A DNA stretch of 64,000 nt from Amoebidium appalachense (GCA_963693365.1 CAVNZM010000003.1:11131151-11195150), one strand, 5' to 3'; counted from the first letter of the stretch, positions 1-23,807 are shown. The notes: generated by a model from the letters alone, not told the origin. Numbers and translations: made by a program.

Positions 1-164
1 ATACAGCCAATCATATTCTTGCAATCACAACAAATTGCATTCCTGTGTCTTTTTTTATTGCCTCTGGATACTAGTAACGGCACGCCCTGCCGGGCTTTGC
101 CTTAATCATGAAGAAGCGGAGGTGGAGGGCTTGTGTGTGAGAGATTTGAGTGCTCTCTCACTTC

Positions 165-706
<542 letters not shown>

Positions 707-1336
707 TATTTTAACAGTTTTAAGGTGTGACAATATCGCGGAGGCACTGTAATAGCACGCCCTACCGGACCGCTCGACACAGCAGACTTCCAGAAAATCC
801 CGAATCTTCTGGCAAACACGAAACACGATCACCATGGTTACCATATGAAGGCTTTTTAAGCAATAACATGAAACACGATCACCAATAGTTTTGCCCCGCT
901 CCCACGTCCGCGGCATTACATGCTCGTTAGTTACCATATAAGGCTATTTAATCTCTGCCAATCGTTCTGCCCCGTTCAGGGGCGGACTCACGGACTCACG
1001 GACGGACGGACTCACGGACTCAAACCGCGGCTTGAGATGTCGAAGCTTCGCCGACTCCGCTTCTTCATGATTGGCGCTATAGGGGTCCGGAATTGATGAC
1101 GTCACTAATTGAGAAGGAGGGCAAGCACCGATTGGGGGCCGCGAGAGAATTGGCGCCAACTTTTCCCGTTTGCGAAACGGAAACGAAAGTCCATGTGTGC
1201 ACCACGTTACGCGGCCTAAACAAACGAAAAATATTAAACGTAAAACTAGGGAACTAAATTGTATGGTTACTTGTTATTTAGTTTTTACCTTCTGTTGCGA
1301 ATCTTAAAAGGTATACCCCTAAGGGGTGTCCACACT

Positions 1337-2840
1337 ATGCCCTCTCGTTGTGCAGCAGACCACTGTAAGGCCACTGCTGGGCCTAGTTGTAAGCAGGTGC
1401 TTATTCGAAGGCACAGTGCAGAGGTTGTTAGTTCTTGGTTTAAGCAAATACGGCCAAGGTACACGGAAGATGACCTGAGGAAGGATCTAGGGGTGTGCCA
1501 TGTCCATTTTCCCGAAGGGTCATTTGTGTTCGGCCCCACTGGGCGACCAACCTAAGTGGCTGGGGCCATACCGTACACACGTGAGTAAGAGGAAGGACTA
1601 CGCCGGCAGGCCGAAGACGCCAAAAGGCAGCGGGAAGCAGACTTGCTCTTGGGGGAGGACGGACGCACCAAGCGTCGTCGCGAGCGGGAACAAAACGCAT
1701 CGGTTGATGAGCTCAACAAACAGATCGGCACACTCAACATTGTGGTGGGGAAGCGAAACAAGCAGATTTCAGACATGGACTCGGAACTCAAACAGTTGCG
1801 GGACAAATGTGCCGTTTTGTGAGCACGTATGGAGACTGTTGAGCGCAAAAACGAGAGTCTTGGTCAGCCTCTGAAAGAGAAAGAGATCAACTGCATCAGC
1901 AAACTCACCTACGATGGTGTTGTGCAGTCGGACTTTAAAACTCGTTTCTACACACATTTCACAACGGGCAATGTGTTCAAAGCGTTCATTTTGCTCTGTT
2001 TCGAATTTCACTTCTGTATATGGGGGTCGACCCAGTTATCGGGGTGGGGGCTCGGGGCCCAAAGAGAGCACTGTCGTTTGAGAACGCAATCCTGCTGGTG
2101 CTTGTGAGACTGCGGCACAATTTCCCGTTTCACCACATGGCCTTCCTGTTTCACATAGGTGAAAAGACAACACGAAAAACGTTTTGGCGGGGCTTGTATT
2201 TGCTTAAATGCATGTTCGAACACCCTCTTTTGGATCCACTACAAAACGGTGCCTTTACTGCAGCCGCCGTAACTGCAAACGCCCTGCCTTGTTTCAAGCA
2301 AAACTATCCCCATGTCGCTATGATTTTGGACTGCACGGAATTCTTTATTCAGGTGGCTGGTAACACTGAGCTCCAAACGCTTACATACTCCAGATATAAA
2401 GGACACAACACTGTAAAAGTTTTAGTTGCCATGCTTCCCTCTGGTGAAATATTCTATGTATCATCGTGTTATCCAGGTAGAATAAGTGACCGTCTTATTA
2501 CTGATGTGTCGGGCATAATAAAAAAATGCTGGCCTGGTGCACAGGTTATTGCAGACAAGGGTTTCCTCATAGAAGATCTGCTCAAACAAGCAAATATGGA
2601 CCTTGTTATCCCTCGCTTCCTTGCAAAGGGAACAATCTTCTCACAGGAGGAGCTGGCCTCCACCCGTGATATTGCCGCTGTGCGATTCATATTGGGAGGG
2701 CGAAGGTCCTGGAGAACAAGATACTCACGGATACTGTTCCCATCACCATGGTGCCCAATCACTCCCAGGTTGTCCGAGTTTGCTTTGGGCTTACACGCTT
2801 CCAAGGCAAACTCGTGCACTGGGAGGAAGAAGCCCCATAA
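1337..2840 (+). pseudogene. Degenerate THAP + HTH_Tnp_4 + DDE_Tnp_4 transposase (ISL2EU/PIF-Harbinger type DNA transposon)
   Basis: N-terminal THAP (MPSRCAADHC...W...VCHVHF), coiled coil, HTH segment (LSFENAILLVLVRLRHNFPFHHMAFLFHIG) and DDE motifs ILDCTEF, YSRYKGHNTVK, YPGRISD, ADKGF. Lesions: frameshifts near 1553, 2020 and 2685, and an in-frame TGA at about 1820. The C-terminus (IHIGRAKVLENKIL...HWEEEAP*) is in another frame and ends at 2840. TIRs not found. Confidence 0.85.
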
Positions 2841-3223
2841 TAAAGCTAATTGTTTTTGTCCCCTCCAGCCCCCCTCCCCCCCCCCCCCCTCCCCGTCCCT
2901 CCCCCCCTTCCCCCCCCCCCCCCCCCCCCCTTCAGTTACCCAGTCCCCGTGAAAAAATATGTATATATAAAAATACCAACATAAACAATGGCGTGTGTTT
3001 ATGTTTTTCACTGAAACGGGGGGAAGGGGGGGGGGGGGGGGGGGGAGGGGGGGGGAGAGGGCGAAGGGGAAATGAAGCCTTTAGAAAAACACGAGGCCGA
3101 CAGAGAGGGAAAAAAACGAAACCTTCCTGTCTCCCCCCTCCTCCCCCCTCTCCCCCCCCTCTCCCCCCCAGGCCCCTCCTCCCGCCTATTCTTCCCACAC
3201 ACAACCACTACACATTCCTGGGT

Positions 3224-3257
<34 letters not shown>

Positions 3258-3542
3258 GCAAGCACGCACGCACGCACGCACGCACGCACAGACGCAAGAC
3301 CTTGTCACCTCAGTAGTTGTGGTAACAGTAGACCTTCATTCGTTACAGCACATGGCATACATAACCTAGTACACAGCACTGCCTAGTTACAACTTTCATT
3401 ACATTTATACAGAACACAAACACCATTTATTATCCTTAACCGGTTATGGTTACCATATAGCACTACTACTAGCGTTACTAATTTATAAAAGAGACTTATC
3501 ACTTTACATCGATCTACCTTTTCTTTCGAGCGAGTACAGATG

Positions 3543-3590
<48 letters not shown>

Positions 3591-3843
3591 CTAAGTCATT
3601 CCAGCTCCAAAATATGAAAAGAGTATTCATATCAAGATGTAAATTCTACTAAATAGGACAACCACTTTCTGACATTTGTATAGAATTTGGCCTAACACGG
3701 CTGAGACGATTTTTCGTTTGTCACCATCTCAGTGCTGAGAATTAAAGATGACTTACTTCCATTCGAACGAACGGCCCCATGTTCATATGTGTCTTAATTT
3801 GGGGAGCTTCCCGACACTTCCCGACGCTTGTTCACGATCGTGT

Positions 3844-3897
<54 letters not shown>

Positions 3898-4967
3898 CTC
3901 TTATGGTGTATATTCAGGTTTTTTTTTTCTTTTTTAAATTTTCTTTTGTCTTTTGGTGTCTCCTCCCCCCCCCCCCCTCCCCCCCCCCCCCACCTTCCCC
4001 CCCCGGGCCCCTTCTCCCACCAACATCATGACGCACACACATAAACACAAAAAAAAAAAAAGAACAGAAGAAAAGTAAGAAAGGAATAGAATAACTTACC
4101 CTTGTCGTTCTTTTGCGTGCAAAACGGCTTAACGTAACATGTATGTACGTACGCGTCTCTTTTCCTATAATTTAAATTTCAACTTCCGTTGCAACTTTCT
4201 CCCCTAGCCCAGAACTTATGGCTAATAAGCTCGAGTGCTTGCACTCGATACATACTAACCTGGGTTTTGCTGCTCAGTGTAGGTGCATGTACTTCACATT
4301 ATTCCCGCAATATTCAATGACTTGCACAGTCTAATGCACACCGTATCATCACGGACCAGCCCACGCACGCACGCACGCAAGCATCCATGCACACACACAC
4401 CTCCCCCCCCCCCCCCCCCCCCCCCCCTCCCCCCCTCCAAAACACACACACACACACATACACACTAACACACACACACACACACACAAACACCGTGGCA
4501 CACACTCAGTCACGCACGGCCGCGGCCCACCAAATGGAATGACAACCCAACACCCAGCACGTATGCGCTCAGATTTATTGCCTACGTAAGAGCGAGGTTG
4601 TATCGGCACCATTTGCCAAGTTAAGATGAGTCGTGGGTCCCAGGATCAGCCTTCACCGTCTTAAGTATTCCACCTGCGTTCTGTGTTATTCAAAGCTTTC
4701 AAAACATGTAGCCAGCCACATACCGTCACCCACCCACCCACACACACACACCGTGGCACAAACACACACACACACCGTGGCACAAACACACAGACACAGA
4801 CACAGACACACAAACACACACTGCACACTGTGACACACACACACACACACACACACGTGCGCGCAGGCGCGTACCGTTTGTCCCCCCCCCCCCCCCCCCC
4901 CCATGGCCTTCTCCCTCACTCTCTTTCTTAGGCTTTCATTTCACTGTTCTTATTAATTAGACGTCCT

Positions 4968-5013
<46 letters not shown>

Positions 5014-5352
5014 ATACCACACACGGACAGACGAAATTGAATACCAGGCACCCAGATTGAATCTGCTGGCTCTATTATCGTTCTGTCTCGAAGTGCAGGA
5101 ATCCCTGTCTCCAACCTGTTTTGAGGCACATGCTGTCAAACACAATCATGTGCACATATACACACACACCTATAAATACACACACAGACACCCCGGCGTC
5201 AGGCACCTGACACGTGCGCATTTTTCTGTATTAATATGCCGCGCCCTCCTTTCTGCTGCCAAATATGGTGTTACCAAAATGACTAGCTTCTGCTCACACA
5301 CAACTACGCAACCTCCCACCCTCCTCTAGATCTCCCCTCCAACTCTGCCCCC

Positions 5353-5395
<43 letters not shown>

Positions 5396-5511
5396 AAAAA
5401 TAACCCCCGAAAAAAAAAACGTTACTACGGACAAAAGACGGGTCCCAGCACGTTTTAAACGGTTCCCGTGCGTACAGCTCCCACACCAGCACACGCCACG
5501 TGCACAACTTG

Positions 5512-5549
<38 letters not shown>

Positions 5550-5647
5550 GCACACACACACACAAACTCCCCCCCCCCCCCCCCTCTCTCTCCCTTTGTC
5601 CCCTCCCTCCCTCCCTCCCTCTCCACACGCATGCATGCACGGCACAC

Positions 5648-5726
<79 letters not shown>

Positions 5727-5999
5727 GCACACACATTTACTCACTCATGCACACGCACACACGCACACACGGGTACACACACGTGTGCAGGCACTGGCTT
5801 GTTTCCGTTTTCCAAGAAAAGAATACGGACATTAAGAGGTATTGGGAATCTTCACATTGCATCAAGCTCTGCCTCTTCCGTGTAGGCGAGAGAATAAACA
5901 TGCATACCATACTAAACTACGTATTATATGCATATGAGCTATACAGTCGCGCGCGTCACCTGGACAACACCTCTACGTATACGTACACATATATACCCA

Positions 6000-6036
<37 letters not shown>

Positions 6037-6046
6037 ACACACACAA

Positions 6047-6078
<32 letters not shown>

Positions 6079-6279
6079 AAGAAAAAGGGGGGGGGGGGGG
6101 GGGGGGGGGGGACACCACCATTCGATTACAGGCTTTGCAACCGTACATTTCAAACACAAACGCAGACAATGCTCGAACGGTTTCTCCCAACTCTCTCTCT
6201 AAGCTCCCAATCTCCCACCATACGAGAGGCCAAAGAGGGAGGAAGAGAGAGGAAGAGGCAATGATGAAAGGGGAGGGGC

Positions 6280-6324
<45 letters not shown>

Positions 6325-6382
6325 ATCAACCCAGGTGTTCGCAATCAATCGCCCATTCTTCACGGAGCCAAGAAAAAAAAGT

Positions 6383-6422
<40 letters not shown>

Positions 6423-6470
6423 AACTGGCCATATCAAAGTCAGTCCTATGCCATGCATCTTGAACCTAAA

Positions 6471-14258
<7,788 letters not shown>

Positions 14259-14497
14259 ATTTTTACACAGGAGTGGCACCAAAAAACTAAAATATCAGCG
14301 ACGGGTTAAGAAAAGGGTTTTGGTAAAACAGACGAGAAATGAACGGGTAAGAAAGTGACAGGGAGGGGGGAAGGAGGAGAATGGTACTATGAGTCGGGTA
14401 CGGAAGAAAAAAAAACCCGCACAAAAATATCACGAGCGTGGGCTGCTTCTTGAACGCACGGTTGTTTGCGAGTCCCCTTTCAGTGAAAACGTTGAAA

Positions 14498-14531
<34 letters not shown>

Positions 14532-15722
14532 AAAATAAACTTTACTAACGTGAGGACAGTGTTCAACTTCGAACTGAAACGAAAGGGGTCGCCAGCGGCG
14601 CCCTCCGTTACCATATTTGTTTAGCAATTTATCTAAAACATTTGATTGGTCAATATTCATCGTGTACAGGGGTACGTCACCTTGCGTAGTGTGGGGCACG
14701 GCCTCCCAGTGGGACATTCGATTTTCCGCCTGTTTTTCTGGTTACTCTTCACAATAGCTAAAAAACACCTATTTTTATATCCCTATGTACCTACGGCTTA
14801 CTTCTAGCAGCTGTCTCTGAGGCGTGGTAGAAATAATAGGCGCAAAACTGCCTACAAAAATACCCGCGTCACGTCACTTTAGGTGATGCGCTCCTGGCCA
14901 ATAGCAGAATTCTTTGGTTATTCAATCAAAGTGATAAAATATTAAACTTGTAAGGCTATAACGTTGTGCAAGAAACCAATGAAACGCGAACCCGTGTGAA
15001 CCCATGACCCGGGCCGTGAGCGTATCCGTGCGTTCGCGACTGAGAAAACGAGACGCATCATGCACACAGTGTTTTGACCTTTAGTTGGGGTGAAGGTTAC
15101 AATTCGTATAGCTTTATTTGTATAGAATGGTTTGTATTCATACACTTTAGCAGGATTTAAAGAGAAGTTTTTGCCTTTTCTTGGTGTGCGTAGGTGATTT
15201 TCATATAGTTGGTACACCCACCGTACTGCTAAACGTATCGTTTTATGCTTCAAACACTATCACACATCGTTCAAGTTGCTGTTGACATCAGTTATCAACA
15301 AAACAGCCCGGGAGTTTTATTCTCTGGCAACGTAGAATTCACTAATAAATGATAACCACTACAACTACTTATTAGTATACAAAAAAGGGGCGGGAGAGCC
15401 TAGGACCGTGGTGGTGTTGATGCAAAAAAAATCTCGATGCGAAACTTAACATTCCCTTTTCTTTCGTTCTCTGTTTAGTAATATAGAGCTTGTGCTCGTG
15501 TTTGCGTAAAAGAGAAGCAAAATTTCGATTAGACTCTGATTTACCAGGGAGCGCGCAAAATATTTGGGCACGAACTGAATAGACGTCTGGCCAACACAAA
15601 GCACCTTTTATGCAACATCTCAATGTTCTTGTTTCTTTCATGGACCCGTGCCAAACCAGCCTTCATTGATTAGCCTGCCACAGAGTGAACAAAAGAGTTC
15701 ACTTCTCGTTTCGGGCGGCAAG

Positions 15723-16006
15723 ATGTCCCCAAAGGGACCGATAGTCGTGCACAAAACCAGTGATTTGTACATATACGCAGTGCAGGTGAGTGTTTGACTA
15801 TCTTCCCCATCCCCTCTGTGCTTGGTCACTTGGTGTTTTTTACTTGATAGGGGAGAGAATGTGGAGAAAGGAGAGAACAGGGGGAAAGTTTATTTGAGTG
15901 GTGTGTGCGTGTGCGTTTGTGTGCTGTGTGTGTGTGTGGGCAGACGTGAGCACTTGTGTGTGTGTGCGTGTTTGCATGTGCCAGGCTGGTTGTGTGTGTG
16001 TGTGTG

Positions 16007-16047
<41 letters not shown>

Positions 16048-16800
16048 GTGCGTGTGTGTGCGTGTGTGTGTGAGTGTGAGTGTGAGTTTCTGTGTGTGTG
16101 TGTGCCCTTATGTGTGCATCTGTGTCGGTGTCTGTGTGCCACATGTGCAGAGCAGTTTCTTCTTGTGTTGCTCTAGTGGTTTAAACTCATCTTTGCTTCA
16201 GCTTTCTCTTCCCTCTTTTATACTTTTATACCTTGTGAAAGGCATGTTTGTTGTTGACAAATTTGGCTTCTTGATTGTTTCTCAGTACAGGTTTTTATAT
16301 TTTCGTTTGCCCCTTCTGCTGCTATGTTTTGTGTGCTGACAATTGCCGAAGCAGTTTTTACACATACCGTTGTCTTAGTAAAATGCGAGTGGTTTTTTTT
16401 ATGTTATGCCTTATGGATTGGGTTATCCCATTTTTGTTTTGTCTCAAGTTTCCATGGTACAGAATCTGAAAGTAGCCAACTGCTATTTCCTGATTGTTTC
16501 TGTTACCACGTCATTCATCTTTCTCCTACGCACAGCATCTCTCTCGGTGGGCCTCCCTTCCTCGCATGAACTGGACTAAAGCAATGTTCTGGATTGCTAG
16601 CGTAGTATCACGACCCTTTGTCTGCCTGTAGTTTTACTCCCCTGTGACTTTTTCAAAGAGATTGGTTGTAACCTGTGAATCCCTTTTACTCCCTCTCAAC
16701 ATCATCATGACGATGAGTCCTACACTAACCCTGCTTGCCCGGAACTGTTTATTTTTTTCTTTTGTGTGTGCGTGAGCATGGGCATGGGCATGTGCGTGTG

Positions 16801-16883
<83 letters not shown>

Positions 16884-17091
16884 AAGAATGACACCAACAC
16901 CCAACTCCCACCCTCTCTTTCCGATATTGTTAAAACAACTTAAAAAAAGGGTAGGGACGGGGGAGCGGGAGGGGGTTGGGGGGAGGAGGAACGGAAACAA
17001 TCCGGAGACGAGGGAGGGAGGAGGGGGGTGGGGGGGGGGGGGCAAGCAGGCAGGAGGGAACGTTGAAGCAGCAGATTGGGATGTGCCCCCT

Positions 17092-17126
<35 letters not shown>

Positions 17127-18236
17127 GGTGGGGGAGGGGCGCGGGGGGGGGGGGGGGGGGGGGCTTCGGTACGCAGTGAAGGAGAACGACAAAGAAATAG
17201 TGCAGGCACATCCAAACAAACACGCAGGGGAATTTCATGCAAGCCGCTGTTTTCTCTCCTCTCTTTCTTTTCCGTGGTGGTGGTGTTGGGGGAATGGGGT
17301 GGGGGGGGGGGGGGGGGGGGGGGGGAGGGATGTGTAGCCTCGTTTTACGGCTAGGGCTCTAACCACACTACTAGACCCCCTTCCACCCCCCCCCCCCCCT
17401 CCGCCCCCTCTGCCTCCCCCCTCCCCACTTCCCCCCTCCGCCCCAACACACAAACATACCCCCCCCCCCCCCCCCCCCCCCCCCCCCACCCTCACCCCGC
17501 TCCCCCTACCCATCCACCCCCCTCTTGAGAAAGAAAAATCAAGACGTGGTATGGGGAAGGCTCGTAGGAGGAAAGCATTATTCCGGTTTGTCAGTATCGG
17601 TTGAACGCAAATGGCTTACCTTTGCATTGTTAATCAGGCAACCGTGACGTCACCAAAGGTTGCCGTCAGCCGGAGGAACAGTCCGGACTCGTTGGCGGAG
17701 GAGATACACAATCCAGACTACTCAAAGTGGGTGCTGGCTGGCTCGTTGGGTGGCCTACATGTGTTTTTTATTTTCTTTTTCTTTTTTGTTTTTACGTTGT
17801 CTATTTCTTCCTTTCTTTCTTTTCTTTTTCTTCTTTTTATTTATCCTTTTTAATTTTTTTCCTTTTTATTTCGTTCTTTCTTTTTTTTGGGGGGGGGGGG
17901 GGGGGGGGGGGGGGGTATGTTGTTGTTGGGGAGGGGGAGGGGGGGGGGGGGAGCTCTGGATAGAGAGGGGTAATTAAGGATGTGGACCCTTGAAGTATGA
18001 TTGAAAGGGGGGAAAACAAACAACAGTATTGTGACTTGGGCCTAGGGCGGGGAAGGGGGGGGGGGGCAGGGAGTTTCTTTGGGGGCCCAACAGGGGGATG
18101 GGGAGTGGAAGAGGAAGGGGGGGGGGGGGGGGGGGGGGGGAGGAGGGGGGGGGGACTTCTCAACGGAACAATATGGGGTACTATGTAGAAGCAAGGGTAA
18201 GGGGACTGTAGGTTGGGGAGATGGGTGCCTAAGTGT

Positions 18237-18273
<37 letters not shown>

Positions 18274-18455
18274 GGGGGGGGGAGGGGGGGGACTTGCGGC
18301 GTATATCGATATTAACCTCATGTTGACATACCCACACACATGCGCGACTGCGTGCGCGCACACACGCACTCACACATACATCCACATACGCTCAAAGAAA
18401 CACACGCGCACACACTCACACACACACAAACACACAAACACACACACAATCACTC

Positions 18456-18508
<53 letters not shown>

Positions 18509-18754
18509 ACACACACACACACACACACAGTGTGGTGGTTACCAAGAAGCATGCATCAAGGGGGCTTAAACGCAAGTCAACGGTAACCTTCCTGCAAAAT
18601 CTCATGGTACGAAGAACAGTGTTTCAGTTTCCCTTCATTAAATCGTCTTCTTCTTTTCTTCTTTTTTCTTTTTTCCCATTTTGCGTTTTCGTTTGTTCGT
18701 GTAGTTTTTTTTTTGTTTTTTTTTTTGTTTTGTTTTGTTTTTTTTTGTTTTTTT

Positions 18755-18788
<34 letters not shown>

Positions 18789-19233
18789 TATTCCTCTTCT
18801 TCCATAGTAAAATAGTCCCCCCCTTTATAGCTGCACATTATAATGCATGTATAATAAAATATTCCCCTCTCTCTCTTTTTCTTTTCTTTCTTTTCTTCCT
18901 TTTTTTTTCTTCTTTTTTTTTCTTTTTTGTGAGGTGTTTGTTGTTGAGTAGTTCAGTCAGTGGAGCATCTTAAGCAATCTTTTGATCCACTAAAAGACAG
19001 CTTAAAGAACCAGATTAATGGTTGTCCAAAGAAAACGGATAATTCTTATACCACACAATTACGCAAACAACATACACACCATATACACACAAACACACAC
19101 GGCCATGCATGGATAGCACATACACGCAGAGGCACACACACACACAGAGAGAGAAAGAGATGGATGAGAACACAGAAGGCATGCACACCTGCACACATAA
19201 GCACATACACACACACGTGTGCACGCACGCATG

Positions 19234-19267
<34 letters not shown>

Positions 19268-19341
19268 CACATACACATACACACAACACACACACACACT
19301 CTCTCTCTCTCTTACTCACTCCCTTGCTCACTAACACACAA

Positions 19342-19374
<33 letters not shown>

Positions 19375-19398
19375 CAAACTCACACACACACACACACG

Positions 19399-19465
<67 letters not shown>

Positions 19466-19542
19466 GAATGACTCAGACAGCCGGACTGCCAAAAGAGAGC
19501 ACAGTGCTATCAGTCTCCCCCAAAGAGCATTTCTCCGTGAGG

Positions 19543-19583
<41 letters not shown>

Positions 19584-19673
19584 CCCCCCCCTCCCGGCCC
19601 CCGCCCCTCTACCCCTGCCCCTCTAGGCCCACTCCCTCACCCACAACTCGTGTACTGTGTGGATGACTTGAAA

Positions 19674-19706
<33 letters not shown>

Positions 19707-20689
19707 TTGAGTATGGGCTTTGCTCGTAGTGCATATATTTACTTTGTATGTTCTGCAAAATCCGTGTTATGTTGCCCTTCGTCACTGTGTACCTCGTGCT
19801 CTGTAACACATTCTACTTCCCCTCGTGCTCTGTAACACATTCTACCCCCCCCCCCCCCCCCCCCCCCACCACCACCACCACCACCACCACTACACCACCC
19901 ACACCCCCCACACACACACACACTGCTGTTGTATAAAGATGGGCAGTCCACATAGTTAGATGAATGGGTGAGTGGATGTATATGTGTTTAAGAGGGGTGT
20001 GGGAGTGTGGGGGGCGGAGGGGGGGGGGGGGGGGGGGATGGAGGAGGTGTGTGTGTGGGGGGGGGGGGGGGGGGGGGGGGGGGGCTCTGCTTGGAAAATG
20101 CCTCATAGATTCTGTTTTTCATACGGGTTGATGGGGTTGTCAGACTATGGTTACAGTAGAAGGTTTTTTTTGTTTTTGGGGAAAGTGGGTGGGAAGAAGA
20201 AGGGGGTGTTGGGGGGGGGGAGGGGGGAGGAGGGGTGGAGGCGGTGCAATGTATGTGTGGGTGTAGACGGCAGGAGGGGCACATATGTGGGGCAGAGGGA
20301 GAAATGGGTGTGGGACAGAGCGCGGGGGGGGGGGGGGGGGGGGGGGGGAGAGGATGGCGGTTGGGGGGTGGGGGGGGAGGGGGGGAGGGGGGAGGGGGAG
20401 GGGAGAGGAGGGAGGGAGGAAGGGAGGGGGGAATAGCAGTATGGTGTGCCGTGAGTCTGCTTTTTGCTAATCTAGCTTGTATCTGTGTGCGTCTGTAAGT
20501 GTTTGTGTCTGCCTAACATGACCTGTACGTACCTTTGTGTGTCTGTGTGTGTCTGTGTGTATGTGTGTGGGTGGGTGGGTGGGTGTGCTTTGCGTGTACG
20601 TATACGTTTTCTTGTGTGTGTGTGTGTGTGTGCGTGTATGTGTGTGTCTACTATTGACTAATCTAGCATGTATGTGCGCGCGTGTGTGT

Positions 20690-20760
<71 letters not shown>

Positions 20761-21081
20761 GTGCTTGTGTGTGTGTGTGTGTGTGTGTGTGTGTCGACTA
20801 ATTACTTATGTTTGTGTGTGCCACAGATGCGTGAGGGTCACGAAGATGCGCTGTCGACAAACTCACAGATCAAGATTGAGGAGGAGAGGCCGGGAAAGAG
20901 GAAGACGAGGTGGCCAAACTGGATGGTGCGTGTATTAGCCCCTTGTAGCGTTATAGTGTTTCATCTTAATTTTTGATTGGTAGTTTAATGTGTATTTATG
21001 GTCTTTCAATGTTTTGTTGCACTTAAATTTATGTACTTATTTATTTATTTCATTATCATCATCATTATTATTACTCTAATT

Positions 21082-21141
<60 letters not shown>

Positions 21142-21580
21142 CGGCCCCTCCCCCCTCCTCCCCCCCCCCCCCTCCCCGGGCAGGCCGTTAATCATTGCTA
21201 TGCTCACTGTGTATTCGGGAGAGAGGGGGGGGGGGAGGGGGGGGGGGGAGAGAGAGGTGTGTCTGTGCGTGTGTGTGTTTGCGTGCTTGTGTGTGTTTGT
21301 GTGGTGTGGGGGGGGGGGGGGGGGGGGGGGCACGTGTGTGCACGTGTGTGCTCCGGGTGTGTGCGCGAACACATCTAGGATTCTGTATGTGTTCCCTTAA
21401 ATCCTTAAATGTTGGGCATAGCTTATACACCTGCATTTATGTACGCCTGTGTACCCTTGTTCGGATTTATGCAAATAGATGACCCCCCCCCCCCCCCCCC
21501 CCCCCCGCCACTACCACCAGCAAGTCAACACTGACACACGCGCACACACATGCACGTACAGTACACGTACACACACAGAA

Positions 21581-21636
<56 letters not shown>

Positions 21637-21737
21637 GCCTGTTCAACTGGACCAGGTCCATGCTTGACACGCTTGTGCCCGTGACGTATCCGCTGGTTGC
21701 CGTCGTCTGTGCGGTGTTGAACGCACTCATACCAGGT

Positions 21738-21824
<87 letters not shown>

Positions 21825-22865
21825 GTATGTTGCAAAGAATGGGGGAGGGGGGAGGGAGGGGGAGCGGGGGGCTGCACATGAGTGACGGCATCACACCCGC
21901 TCTGTGTGAGTTTGTGCCGTATTGCTGGTCTTATGCTGGGAATAGAGAGGGGGTGGAGAGGATTAAGTGTTGTGGTGTATCTTGGTGGTGTTTTCTCTTT
22001 TTTTCTTTTTTTTTTTTTTTTTTTTTTTTTTTTCTTTGGGGGGGGGGGGGGGGATAATGGGCTATAACCCTTTCCTTGGCCATTCGCAGTTAATTCACAA
22101 CCTCGTCTATGCTCTCTTTTCATATCTACAATCACTTCTAACCATGTTTTCCAAAAACATCAAGTATAACACTATCATATTTATAACATTTAACATATAA
22201 CATTTATAACATTTTACTCCACCCTCAATGCACCATTCACGCGTTCATTCAAACCTCGCCCCCCACCCTGCCCACGTCAACGATCATTATACAGTTAACT
22301 TTTAAATTTACCATGAAACTTAAGTAATTAACATTTCCCCTTCATCCGTCGCCCAGGCACGATGCTTGCCGCGTTCTCCTTCCTCGTCCTCCGCCATTCA
22401 GCGTTGATCTACCGTGAAGCGGAGGATGAGCCAATCAGATCGCAGATCGGGTGGTGGGGCCGATTAGGGCTGTTTGGGGCCAATCTCGCGATCGGGCTCA
22501 TGCAGCTGTTTAGCGCGGTGGTGGTGGTCGGGTGGATGTGGAGTGTTATATGGGCAGTGCTATTGGTCAAACAGTCAGGTATGTGCGTGTGTGTGTTTTC
22601 TTCCCCCCCCCCCCCCCCCCCCCCCCTTTTTTTTTTCTCTGGGGGGGGGGAAGGGGGGGGGGAGTGGAGTGTTATATGGGCTGTGCTGTTGGTCAAACAA
22701 TCAGGTATGTATGTGTGTATACGTGGGTGTGCTTGTGTGTGTGTTGGAGGGTGGGGAGGGGGGGGGAGGAGGCGGGAGGGGGGGGGGGGGAGGGGGAAGG
22801 AGGAGAAGGGGAGGGGGGGGGGGGATGTGGAGTGCCGTATGGGCAGTGTTGTTGGTCAAGCAGTC

Positions 22866-22896
<31 letters not shown>

Positions 22897-23149
22897 ATGT
22901 GGTTTTCCTTGTTCTTTTTTTGAGGTTCGTTAAACATGTAAACACACGGAGAGAGAGAGAGAGGGAGGGAGTGGGGGGAGGGAATGGGAGGAGGGAGGGA
23001 GGGGAGAGGGAGAGGGAGAGGGAGAGGGAGAGGGAGAGGCAGGGAGAGAGAACACACAGGTTGACACACACACACATGGATTTTTATTTGTTTTTGTTTT
23101 TTTGGTTGCTTTTTTCCTTTTTGTTTTTGTTTTTATTTTTATTTTTTTT

Positions 23150-23188
<39 letters not shown>

Positions 23189-23360
23189 AGAAAGGGCACT
23201 TTACTTTCCCTTACGAACCGGTACCTACAAAGGGACAAACCTGGGTGCAACACACGCACAGATAGAGGGGGGGGGGGGGGGGGGGGGGAAGGAGGAGAAG
23301 GGGGGGGGGGGGGGGGGGGATGTGGAGCGCCGTATGGGCAGTGTTGTTGGTCAATCAGTC

Positions 23361-23395
<35 letters not shown>

Positions 23396-23510
23396 ATGTG
23401 GTTTTCCTTATTCTTTTTTTGAGGTTCGTTAAACATGCAAACACGCGGTGAGAGAGAGGGTGGGGGGGGGGGGTAGGAGGAGGCAGAGGGAGAGGGAGAG
23501 ATAAAGAGAT

Positions 23511-23542
<32 letters not shown>

Positions 23543-23765
23543 ACACACAGGTTGACACACACAACACACGCACGCACACACATGTATTTTTAAATCATTT
23601 TTTTTTTTTTTTTTTTTTTTTTTCCTTTTTATTGTTTTTATTTTCTGTGGGGGGGGGGGGTTGGGGGGGGGGGGGGGGGTTTACTTTCTCTTACGAACCG
23701 GTACCTACAAAGGGACGAGCGTGGGTGTATGCGCGACACACACACACACACAGAGATAGAAGGGG

Positions 23766-23807
<42 letters not shown>

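Noticed and set aside
3300-5300. Additional minus-strand exons or a YqaJ partner gene of the transposon
   Set aside because: Splice-like signals exist (about 3752, 4096, 4673, 5115), but the segments give short, stop-interrupted or unrecognisable peptides.
14430-15700. Short ORFs between the MPLKIP-like and stum-like genes
   Set aside because: AT-rich divergent promoter region with CCAAT-like motifs; the peptides lack recognisable features.
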